Shown here piece by piece: positions 23,847 through 31,207 of a stretch of 32,000 nucleotides of DNA. The notes under the pieces are model-generated. The model was given only the letters and a program-made list of their open reading frames with translations, made no database searches and was not told where the DNA came from. Source of the stretch: Ktedonobacterales bacterium (lineage in GTDB: Bacteria > Chloroflexota > Ktedonobacteria > Ktedonobacterales > JADMIN01); contig CP126532.1 of NCBI GenBank assembly GCA_030167145.1, positions 4,260,001 to 4,292,000 on the forward strand, written 5' to 3'. Both the position numbers and the translations under genes were made by a program. Numbering within the stretch: position 1 is the first letter of the stretch; each line of letters opens with the position of its first letter.

Positions 23847-25139
23847 ATGGGTATGTTGCCTGCTCGTGTGGCGCGGTATCGCGCCTTTGCCAGCGAAGGT
23901 GGTCCGCGCGATTTCGTGCAGGATGTGGCATCAGTGCAGCCGGAACCATCGGGGCAGCCGGAGCCGTCTAGAGAGCCGTCAGAGCCGGTGGCGCTGGACC
24001 CCGAACGCCAGCGGCTGGCGAAGCGGTATGCGCGGCAGCGGCAGGCGCTTTCATTGGTGAACCTGGGCATCAGTGCGGTGGTGATTCTGGTGCTGCTCTT
24101 CGGCGGGGTGAGCTTTGCGCTGCGTGATACGCTGGCGGGCGTGAGCGGGTGGGAGCCGTTGCCATCCTGGCAGCCGTTGCGGGTGGGCGCGTATTTTCTG
24201 GTGCTGTTCGCGGCGACGCTGGTGATTGGATTGCCGCTGTCGTATTACAGTGGGTTTGTGCTGCCGCATCGCTATGGCCTCTCGACGGAATCATTTGGTG
24301 GGTGGGTGCTGGATTTTGTCAAGGGATTGGCGATTTCGCTGCCGATTGAGTTGCTGGCGGTGCTGTTTGTGTATGCGCTGCTGGCCGTGGCGCCGGAGAG
24401 CTGGTGGCTGTGGACGGGGCTGGCGATGCTGTTCGTGACGGTGATTCTGGCGCAGTTGGCTCCGGTGCTATTGGTGCCGATTTTCTATAAGCTGACGCCG
24501 CTACCCGATGGGGATGTGCGGCGGCGGGCGTTGCGGCTGGCGGAGCAGGCGCGGACGCGGGTGCGCGGTATCTACTCGATGAATCTGAGCGCGAAGACGA
24601 CGGCGGCGAATGCGATGGTGATGGGGCTAGGCACGACGCGGCGGATCATCGTGGGGGATACGCTGCTGGAGCACTATACGCCGGATGAGATCGAGGTGGT
24701 GCTGGCGCATGAGTTGGGGCATCAGGTCCACAACGATATTCCGAAGCTGATCGCGGTGGAGAGCGTGACGACGCTGGGCGGGCTGTATCTGGTGAATGTG
24801 GTGCTACATGCGGTGGTGGGGCGTGTGCCAGAGTATCACGGGCTGGCGGATCCGGCGACGATGCCGCTGGTGGCGGCGGCGCTGGGGGTGTTCGCGCTGG
24901 TGCTGTTGCCGCTGACGAATGGTTTCAGCCGGTGGGTGGAGCGGCAGGCGGATGTGTATGCGCTGCAATCTACGGGCAAGGCGCCGGCGTTCATCAGCGC
25001 GATGACGCGGCTGGCGAATCAGAATCTGGCGGAGGTGGAACCGTCGCCGGTAATCGAGTTTTTGCTGTACAATCATCCGTCCATTGGGCGGCGGCTGGCG
25101 CTGGCGCGGGAGTGGGAGGCGGGGGAGTCGCGGCCATAA
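23847..25139 (+). CDS. M48 family (Ste24/HtpX-like) zinc metalloprotease
   Basis: I chose the start MGMLPARV (ATG 23847) because AGGAGG sits 9 nt upstream. It has multiple N-terminal TM helices, HELGHQVHND (HExxH) and a NAMVMGLGTTRRIIVGDTLL block. 430 aa. Confidence 0.85.
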   Translation: MGMLPARVARYRAFASEGGPRDFVQDVASVQPEPSGQPEPSREPSEPVALDPERQRLAKRYARQRQALSLVNLGISAVVILVLLFGGVSFALRDTLAGVSGWEPLPSWQPLRVGAYFLVLFAATLVIGLPLSYYSGFVLPHRYGLSTESFGGWVLDFVKGLAISLPIELLAVLFVYALLAVAPESWWLWTGLAMLFVTVILAQLAPVLLVPIFYKLTPLPDGDVRRRALRLAEQARTRVRGIYSMNLSAKTTAANAMVMGLGTTRRIIVGDTLLEHYTPDEIEVVLAHELGHQVHNDIPKLIAVESVTTLGGLYLVNVVLHAVVGRVPEYHGLADPATMPLVAAALGVFALVLLPLTNGFSRWVERQADVYALQSTGKAPAFISAMTRLANQNLAEVEPSPVIEFLLYNHPSIGRRLALAREWEAGESRP

Positions 25140-25217
25140 ATGGCCGGAGCAGGGTGGCCTGTTCGGAGGGTAACGGCGAGTTCGCATAGACCTATGTCAG
25201 TATGCTAGGGGAGTTCG

Positions 25218-25538
25218 ATGGTGAAAATAGGGGCTACAGTTATCGCTTGCATGGGATTGGCATCATTACTCCTCTCGCCGTATTTAGCCTTTCGCGGCTA
25301 TCTGCGTACTCGCGACCGCTGGCCACGTGCGCGAAAAATATGGACTCGATACGGTGGCGCCTTTGCGCTGGCTTCGATAGCATTCCTCATTAATGGAATC
25401 GATTTGATGTCACTCATACCTGTGGAAGCGAGAGTTATTGTGTCTTTGGCGGCCTTTCTCCTCATTATAGTGGCTGGTCTCGTGTATGTCTGGGGGGCAT
25501 ACTATCAAGGCCTAGACAAGCTGCTGTTTGAGGATTAG
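25218..25538 (+). CDS. small membrane protein (first gene of the low-GC island)
   Basis: 106 aa with 3 hydrophobic segments. AGGGGAG lies 6 nt upstream. The codon composition is low-GC, unlike the upstream genes. Confidence 0.5.
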   Translation: MVKIGATVIACMGLASLLLSPYLAFRGYLRTRDRWPRARKIWTRYGGAFALASIAFLINGIDLMSLIPVEARVIVSLAAFLLIIVAGLVYVWGAYYQGLDKLLFED

Positions 25539-25598
25539 GCGAATCTTACTCCAGAGTACTGACACAGATTGCGGCGTTGGGGAATGATAATCCTCCGC

Positions 25599-26045
25599 TT
25601 ATTCGCTATACATGCCGAAATCCTGGCTGATTTGCGTCAAACGAGCGAGGGCCTCGCGCCTGCTGGTGTCGCGCTTACGCTTATAGTCCATGAGGTCGCT
25701 GACAAGGATGCGGCGATGGGTTCCGGTCATCACGTAGGGAATCTCGCCACGTTCGAGTACCTTGATGAGGTAGGGGCGTGACACGTTGAGGATCTCTGCC
25801 GCCTCCTGTGTAGTGAGTTCTTTGTTGATAGGCACGACGGCGACCGCCTGATTATGCGCCAAATGTGGGATTACCTGTCTGAGCAGCCGCACAATTGATG
25901 GCGGCAGTTCTGTCGCTTCTCCGGCAGCGCTTACAAGCTTGGGGGCGTGTTCCTCCGCGAGAATGCTCTTTACTTCATCGAGTTGCGATTGCTCACCCTC
26001 GGCTGCGATAACTGGCCCCTGCTCGTGAGTTCTGTTGGCGCCCAT
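25599..26045 (-). CDS. excisionase-family (MerR-superfamily) helix-turn-helix DNA-binding protein
   Basis: I chose the start MGANRTHEQ (ATG 26045..26043) because GGAAGGGAG lies upstream. LTTQEAAEILNVSRPYLIKVLERGEIPYVMTGTHRRILVSDLMDYKRKR fits the excisionase-type HTH seen in Xis proteins and in antitoxins of PIN-type TA pairs. 148 aa. Confidence 0.7.
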   Translation of the reverse strand: MGANRTHEQGPVIAAEGEQSQLDEVKSILAEEHAPKLVSAAGEATELPPSIVRLLRQVIPHLAHNQAVAVVPINKELTTQEAAEILNVSRPYLIKVLERGEIPYVMTGTHRRILVSDLMDYKRKRDTSRREALARLTQISQDFGMYSE

Positions 26046-26077
26046 ATGTGTCGCTCCCTTCCGCTTTCGCGCAGTGT

Positions 26078-26107
26078 AGTATAGCACAATTTTTGTATTA
26101 TCCGCAA
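26078..26107 (-). promoter_or_regulatory. extended -10 promoter candidate for the HTH gene
   Basis: The minus strand reads TTGCGG (26107-26102), an 18-nt spacer ending in TGC, then TATACT (26083-26078). The leader to ATG 26045 is about 26 nt and contains the SD. Confidence 0.55.
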
Positions 26108-26302
26108 TATGTGAAATAAGCGAAATGCCGACGTGAGGTGCCGTTAACCGTTGCTCATGCTTTGCTATTGCCTCGTTATTTGTTTTGCTATCACGCCGTG
26201 AATACAATCACCATCTTGGCCTGACCCAGGCGCTGCTTTTCTTGTTTCTCTTGACTCTCCGTTACAAAATTTCAAGGGTGCTGACATATTTTGTGATAGG
26301 TA

Positions 26303-26331
26303 TTGACAGCTTGTACCAAATTGCGTATAGT
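26303..26331 (+). promoter_or_regulatory. near-consensus sigma70 promoter of the island operon
   Basis: TTGACA (26303-26308), exactly 17 nt of spacer, TATAGT (26326-26331). Confidence 0.7.
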
Positions 26332-26390
26332 TTCGCTCAGTGAGGTTGTTTTGGCTGAAAGTGTGTGGGACGCCTGTTGAGGTAAGGCCC

Positions 26391-26533
26391 GTGTCCCCGT
26401 GTCCCCGTGTCCCCGTGTCCCCGTGTCCCCGTGTCCCCGTGTCCCCGTGTCCCCGTGTCCCCGTGTCCCCGTGTCCCCGTGTCCCCGTGTCCCCGTGTCC
26501 CCGTGTCCCCGTGTCCCCGTGTCCCCGTGTCCC
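26391..26533 (+). repeat. perfect tandem repeat (GTGTCCCC) x about 18
   Basis: 143 nt with an 8-nt period and no variant unit visible. It lies between the promoter and the SD/ATG of the 26562 gene. The complement is (GGGGACAC)n. Confidence 0.95.
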
Positions 26534-26561
26534 TTTACTATAGTTAAGGAGCAAGTCCACG

Positions 26562-27662
26562 ATGGGTCGCGTACAACGTCAACTACTTCCCGTTACTCTA
26601 GTAACAACCCTGGCTTTGGTGCTGTGTGTGCTTAATTTAGCCAGCGGCGGATTTAGTGCTCATGCACAGCCATCAGTACCGTGCATTGCGGGCACAGATA
26701 CTGGTTGCCCGACCAGTGGCAACTGGTATGGTTCTAGCTTGGATTGGATGATCACCGCAACAAACGACTGGTTTCAGAAGAAAGATTTCTGGTGCGGAGT
26801 GGCAGTAATCCAAGCAATGGAGAGATATGATTGGCTTAAGTATGATGGAAACGCAAGCCCTACATACGAATCGCAGTATTCGCTAGGCTATAACACGGCG
26901 AATCACGATCCATACAATGGCTTGCTCAATACGTCTGCGGCGATTAGTCCTTGGGGACAGGCTGACCCAGGCCTTAATGGTCCTGGCCCCAAATTTGTCG
27001 CTGATATCGCCGCTGATGGAGGGTTGGATCCTCGTGGTCTTGCATGGGGAATTTGGGATGTGACACCCAACGGCTACTACTTCCACAATTGGATCTACGA
27101 AACAGGAAACACCACTGCAGGAGCCAAGTCAGCAACAAACGACTTTGCCGCCGATTATGGGCCGCACAACGGATTGAACGATCCCATCGCGGTGGCAATC
27201 AACACAGGCATGCATTTCTTCGTAATCGATGGGGTCTGGGCCTCAAGCGATCCTTCCGCAGGAGGCGACACACTTTACGACATTGATACGTGGGATCCAT
27301 GGCTCAACCAGGCAGGTGCGTCTTTTGATGGAACCTATCCCTACAACACGTCGATCAATGAAGTCTGGTCATTGTCCGACTGGCTAGGGCAGACAAATCA
27401 AGGTCCGACCTGGATGTGGCAAAATCCCTACAACACAGCAAACAAGTATGATCCTGATCCTAGCACTGGCCTATTCGGTCACCCGGGATCCCCCTACTAC
27501 GATCAGCCGCTGCCCGCGCCTAACAATCAGACGGGCCACTGGAACACGTACTGGGTCACCATTGAGCAAGATGAAGTGACTTCCTGTCAGGCAAGCCCAA
27601 ACATTGCATACGATCAGAACGGTAATCCGTCACCGCACAACGGAGTTGTGTACTGTCCGTGA
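26562..27662 (+). CDS. secreted protein, candidate C39-like (papain-fold) cysteine peptidase
   Basis: AAGGAG (26546-26551) lies upstream of the ATG. It has a signal peptide (LLPVTLVTTLALVLCVLNLASGGFSAHA). The candidate catalytic residues are Q-x5-C in QKKDFWCGVAVIQAM, His in TGMHFFVIDGV and Asp in DIDTWDPW, in the order and spacing of C39-like peptidases. The C-terminal part is W/Y/N/P-rich, with Cys pairs near both ends. Confidence 0.55.
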   Translation: MGRVQRQLLPVTLVTTLALVLCVLNLASGGFSAHAQPSVPCIAGTDTGCPTSGNWYGSSLDWMITATNDWFQKKDFWCGVAVIQAMERYDWLKYDGNASPTYESQYSLGYNTANHDPYNGLLNTSAAISPWGQADPGLNGPGPKFVADIAADGGLDPRGLAWGIWDVTPNGYYFHNWIYETGNTTAGAKSATNDFAADYGPHNGLNDPIAVAINTGMHFFVIDGVWASSDPSAGGDTLYDIDTWDPWLNQAGASFDGTYPYNTSINEVWSLSDWLGQTNQGPTWMWQNPYNTANKYDPDPSTGLFGHPGSPYYDQPLPAPNNQTGHWNTYWVTIEQDEVTSCQASPNIAYDQNGNPSPHNGVVYCP

Positions 27663-27737
27663 TTAGGAGGGGCCAAGTTTGCCCCACCGCATTGCCCCTG
27701 ATTGTTATGGCACCATTGTGCTCGAAAGGATAGTGGG

Positions 27738-28559
27738 ATGTCACGCAACAGAAGCCGCGCCTACTCGTGGCAGGCATCACATTCTACGCGACCCAGTAAG
27801 TTTACGTATGCAACTGTACTTGGCGTGATGGTACTCCTTGTGGGAGTTCTGATGTGGCATGCCAACGGGGCGGTTCCCGCAACTAATACCGCTGCCGGTG
27901 TAGCTACAGCACCTTACAGGGGAAAACCACTCTCGTGGTGCGGATCGGTTAACCAGCCAGAGTGTCCTACAGTCGATCCAGGCTGGGTTACGCTAAACTC
28001 GAACCTACCCGATGCTGCGTCCATTGCAATTGCCAGGGCGCGAGAATTCAAGTCTTTGCAGTCGCGATACGGTTACACCGCGCTTGATTTGCCAACGCTC
28101 GTACATGCCTTTGGGGCGCACACAGGGATCGGTTATTACGATGATGATCATTGGGTAGTGTCTGTGCGAAATGCGTCAGGACGAGAATGTGGTATCTTTG
28201 ATTTTGTCTATGATAGGGCAAATCATCGCATCCGCTTCTCTTCGTTCGGCTTGATATTGCCACAGGATCCCCGCTCAACCAAACCGTTTCCTTATATCTC
28301 ACCCGCATCAGCTATGGCGGAACTTCAGAGCGAGCGTAAGTTAGCTCCGCTTTCCGGTGCCCAGCCAGAACTAGTCTTTTTCCCAATCGATCCGCGATAT
28401 CGCGATCCTTCTTCCCCGGTGAAATGGTTTGGAGGAGGTGAGGCACCTGATGATCCAACATGGCTCATCGTAGGATCAGACGGACAGAGCTATTTTGTTG
28501 GGCATGATATGCGTGTCCATAGTCTTCAGGAAGTGCCAATCGCTGTGGGCCAACCATAG
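27738..28559 (+). CDS. N-terminally membrane-anchored extracytoplasmic protein, unknown function (possible tandem PepSY-like folds)
   Basis: ATG 27738 with AAGGA 7 nt upstream. It has a basic N-terminus and then a TM helix (TYATVLGVMVLLVGVLMW). Two segments show a helix followed by strands (AASIAIARAREF...HWVVSVRNASGRECGIFDFVYD and SPASAMAELQSE...TWLIVGSDGQSYFVGHDMRV). 273 aa. Confidence 0.55.
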   Translation: MSRNRSRAYSWQASHSTRPSKFTYATVLGVMVLLVGVLMWHANGAVPATNTAAGVATAPYRGKPLSWCGSVNQPECPTVDPGWVTLNSNLPDAASIAIARAREFKSLQSRYGYTALDLPTLVHAFGAHTGIGYYDDDHWVVSVRNASGRECGIFDFVYDRANHRIRFSSFGLILPQDPRSTKPFPYISPASAMAELQSERKLAPLSGAQPELVFFPIDPRYRDPSSPVKWFGGGEAPDDPTWLIVGSDGQSYFVGHDMRVHSLQEVPIAVGQP

Positions 28560-28606
28560 GTAGCCGCTAGCCAAGACAAGTCGGATCAATTCCGATGTGC
28601 CCATCT

Positions 28607-28648
28607 CCATGCATGCAACCTCCATTTCTATGATGGTTACATGCATGG
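28607..28648 (+). promoter_or_regulatory. strong intercistronic stem-loop
   Basis: CCATGCATGcAACC-14 nt loop-GGTTaCATGCATGG pairs 13 bp with one mismatch. It lies between the second and third island genes, and no T-tract follows. Confidence 0.4.
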
Positions 28649-28714
28649 ATCTTAGTTAAACGGTAAAGAGATGCAAAGATCCCTTTGTGCTCAAGAGGTA
28701 AAACGGAGCAGGCG

Positions 28715-29263
28715 ATGAGCAACAAGTTGAGATGGATATGGGTTGTGCCGTTGTTGGCGCTGCTGACGCTGCTGGCGGGGTGTGGCCAATCATCAGGAAG
28801 TGTGGCAGGTCTGCCGTCTGGTTGGTCATGGCATCATGACGATCACTATCCGTTTGATGCGCCTGTTCCGCCGCAATGGAGTGTGGCGAGTTTCACCAAT
28901 ACGCAATCTCCCGGCGATGAGTGTGAATATACGGTCAATTTCTTCCCGCCAGGAAGGGAGGCTATTTCAGAACGCGCGGCCAGTGAGCTTGAGCCTGAAC
29001 TCATTGCAATAACGGTGAAAGGAAGTTGCCCACTGGCGGATCCATCTCATGACACGGATTGGACGCCGGAGGCGGGGAGAATCAACGTAGGAGGGACGAT
29101 GTGTACGGTCTATGATCGGGCACCTGAGCCGGATCGGATGGTGGTGGCGACGTTTGGTGGCCATCAATATCTCTTCTACATGCAGTCTCCCGCCAACACA
29201 GCGCAGCGAGACGAAATGCTCTTCAAGCAAATGCTGGAGCGTTTCAGATATACGGGCAAATGA
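28715..29263 (+). CDS. lipoprotein, unknown function
   Basis: ATG 28715 with GGAG 7 nt upstream. The signal peptide carries a lipobox (LLTLLAGC). 182 aa with no recognised domain. Confidence 0.65.
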   Translation: MSNKLRWIWVVPLLALLTLLAGCGQSSGSVAGLPSGWSWHHDDHYPFDAPVPPQWSVASFTNTQSPGDECEYTVNFFPPGREAISERAASELEPELIAITVKGSCPLADPSHDTDWTPEAGRINVGGTMCTVYDRAPEPDRMVVATFGGHQYLFYMQSPANTAQRDEMLFKQMLERFRYTGK

Positions 29264-29284
29264 GCTAGCGGGCTACACGGCAAG

Positions 29285-30922
29285 CTACTCCATGGATCCG
29301 TGGACGAGCGCGCCGCCGATGAGGGTGGCGGCGACGGGGAGGGCGGCAAGACGGTCGGGCGGGATGGTGAAGGGGTCTTCGGCGAGGATGACGAGGTCGG
29401 CGAGTTTGCCGGGGGCGAGCGACCCCTGATGCGCTTCCTGGCCGCCTGCGCGGGCCGCGCCAACGGTGTAGCCCCAGAGCGCCTGGGCGACGGTGAGCGC
29501 CTGGTCTGGCAGCCAGGGCGTGCGGTCGGGGGTGGTGTCGTCGCGGCGGTTGACGGCGGCATGGAGCACGCGCAGCGGGTCGCAGGTGTCTACGGGGATG
29601 TCGGAGCCGAGGGCGAGCGGGATGCCTGCCTGGCGCAACGTCTGGTAGGCGTAGGCGCGGCGGTGCCGCGCGCCCCAGTGGTGTTCGGCGGTGTCGCGGT
29701 CGGCGACGGCGTGGAAGGGCTGGACGGAGGCGGCGACGCCGAGGCGGGCCATGCGCTGGATGTCTTCGGGGGCGGCAAGCTGGACGTGCTCCAGGCGGAA
29801 ACGGCGAGCGGCGAGGGGGTCGGAAGTTGCGTCGGCGGTGGCGTGGGCGCGGTGGGTGAGGTAGGTTTCGATGCCATCGAGCGCGGTGCGCACGGCACGG
29901 TCACCGATGGCGTGGATGGCGACGCCGATGCCGCTGGATGCCGCCTCGGCGACGGTGCGGGCGGTGTCTTCGTCGCTCATGGTGAGCAGCCCACGGCTGG
30001 ATTGGCCTTCGTAAGGGTCGAGCATGGCGGCGGTCTGCGCGCCCAATGCGCCATCCATGAAGAGCTTGATACCGGCGAAGCGCAGGTAGTCGTCGCCGAA
30101 ACCTGCTTGCAGGCCGAGCCGGACGGCATCGGCGAGCGATTGGCGGGGGATGTAGAGCAGCATACGCGGGCTGAGCGCGCCTTCGCGGTGGAGGCGCTGC
30201 ATCAGGCGGAGGCTGCGGTCGCCCTCGATGTTGTGGACGCCGGTGACGCCACGGGCGCGCAGTTCGGCCAGCACGCGGCGCAGTTCGGCCAGCACGGTGT
30301 CGTCGTCGGGTGGGACGATGACCTGCTCGACGAGATCGGTGGCGTCCTCGAAGAGCATGCCGTCTGGCTCGCCGTCGGGTCCGCGTCCTATACGCCCGGC
30401 GGGCGGGTCGGGGGTGGTGGCGTCTATATTCGCGGCGCGCAGGGCGGCGGAGTTGACCCAGAGGGCGTGATAGGAGTGGTCGCGCAGGGCGACGGGGTGC
30501 TTGGGGGCAGCGACATCGAGGCTGGCTTTGGTGGGGAATGCGCCGCCGGGCCAGTGGTTCTTGTTCCAGCTATGGCCCTGTATCCATGCGCCGTTGGGGG
30601 TATGTTCCGCGCGCTGGCGCACACGGGCGGCAGCTTCGTCTTCGGAGGGAATGGCGCGCAGGTCTACGGAGATGCGGCCTTCGGCGTACATCATCAGGTG
30701 GGTGTGGGCGTCTATGAAGCCGGGGAGGACGGTCTTGCCGCCGAGGTTGAGGGTGTCGGTGAGGGGGCCGGCGAAGGCGCGGATGTCGGCGTCGTCGCCC
30801 ACGGCAAGGATGCGCCCGGAGGAGCGGTCCACGGCGAGCGCGGTGGCGCGCGGCTGGTCGGGGTTCATCGTGTGGATGGAGCCGCTGAGCAGCAAGAGGA
30901 TGGGGCGGCGACCGGTGAGCAT
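29285..30922 (-). CDS. amidohydrolase (Amidohydro_3 / YtcJ-like metal-dependent hydrolase)
   Basis: 545 aa. The motifs are LPGFIDAHTHL, VAIHAIGDRAV, FRLEHVQ and ALGSDIPV. Confidence 0.85.
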   Translation of the reverse strand: MLTGRRPILLLLSGSIHTMNPDQPRATALAVDRSSGRILAVGDDADIRAFAGPLTDTLNLGGKTVLPGFIDAHTHLMMYAEGRISVDLRAIPSEDEAAARVRQRAEHTPNGAWIQGHSWNKNHWPGGAFPTKASLDVAAPKHPVALRDHSYHALWVNSAALRAANIDATTPDPPAGRIGRGPDGEPDGMLFEDATDLVEQVIVPPDDDTVLAELRRVLAELRARGVTGVHNIEGDRSLRLMQRLHREGALSPRMLLYIPRQSLADAVRLGLQAGFGDDYLRFAGIKLFMDGALGAQTAAMLDPYEGQSSRGLLTMSDEDTARTVAEAASSGIGVAIHAIGDRAVRTALDGIETYLTHRAHATADATSDPLAARRFRLEHVQLAAPEDIQRMARLGVAASVQPFHAVADRDTAEHHWGARHRRAYAYQTLRQAGIPLALGSDIPVDTCDPLRVLHAAVNRRDDTTPDRTPWLPDQALTVAQALWGYTVGAARAGGQEAHQGSLAPGKLADLVILAEDPFTIPPDRLAALPVAATLIGGALVHGSME

Positions 30923-31078
30923 GGTGATGACGCTGGCTTTCTTGGCGCGCCGCGTGGGCGGCGCTCAGACACTTCGGGGTGAGCATATTCTACCGTATGA
31001 ATAGGTCCCGGCCAATGTGCGGAGAGAGCGGGAGCAAAAAGGGTGGTTGCATGCGAACGGGCGTCCGCCGGATTGTGC

Positions 31079-31103
31079 GGGCGTCCGCCGGACGCCCCTA
31101 CGA
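31079..31103 (-). repeat. REP-like element (family R1) with adjacent half copy
   Basis: GGGCGTCCgccGGACGCCCCTACGA is preceded by the half copy GGGCGTCCGCCGGA at 31059-31072. It lies in the divergent intergenic region. Confidence 0.85.
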
Positions 31104-31138
31104 ACGTGGGGACGTGGTGGACAACTGCCCTCGCTTTC

Positions 31139-31167
31139 TTGCGCGGGTTGGGGGCGCATGTTACACT
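31139..31167 (+). promoter_or_regulatory. extended -10 promoter candidate for the MDR dehydrogenase gene
   Basis: TTGCGC (31139-31144), 17-nt spacer ending in TGT, TACACT (31162-31167). Confidence 0.5.
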
Positions 31168-31207
31168 GGGCGGCAGTATGCTGGGCAAGGTGGAGGCGAA
31201 TCATCCG

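Noticed and set aside
25599-26045. HTH protein as the antitoxin of a complete type II toxin-antitoxin pair
   Set aside because: The domain type is common in PIN-associated antitoxins. However, there is no ORF of 60 aa or more downstream on the minus strand (25200-25598), and the only neighbour is a convergent membrane protein. It is at best an orphan.
26391-26533. Octamer array as a CRISPR array
   Set aside because: The units are 8 nt and directly abutting with no spacers, and no cas genes are in the window.
26165-26560. 131-aa minus-strand ORF encoding GTRGHGDT repeats
   Set aside because: It exists only because the octamer array is open in all frames. It runs antisense through the island promoter, has no SD, and would end inside the HTH gene promoter region.
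25140-29284. Low-GC island as a prophage or integrative element
   Set aside because: I could find no integrase, recombinase or phage structural gene, no flanking tRNA, and no direct repeats at the two junctions.
29300-30982. 560-aa plus-strand ORF opposite the amidohydrolase gene; likewise the minus-strand ORFs 30965..31789 and 31161..32000 opposite the MDR gene
   Set aside because: Their composition is Gly/Ala/Val/Asp-rich or Arg/Pro-rich with no motifs. The opposite strands carry recognisable enzyme signatures.
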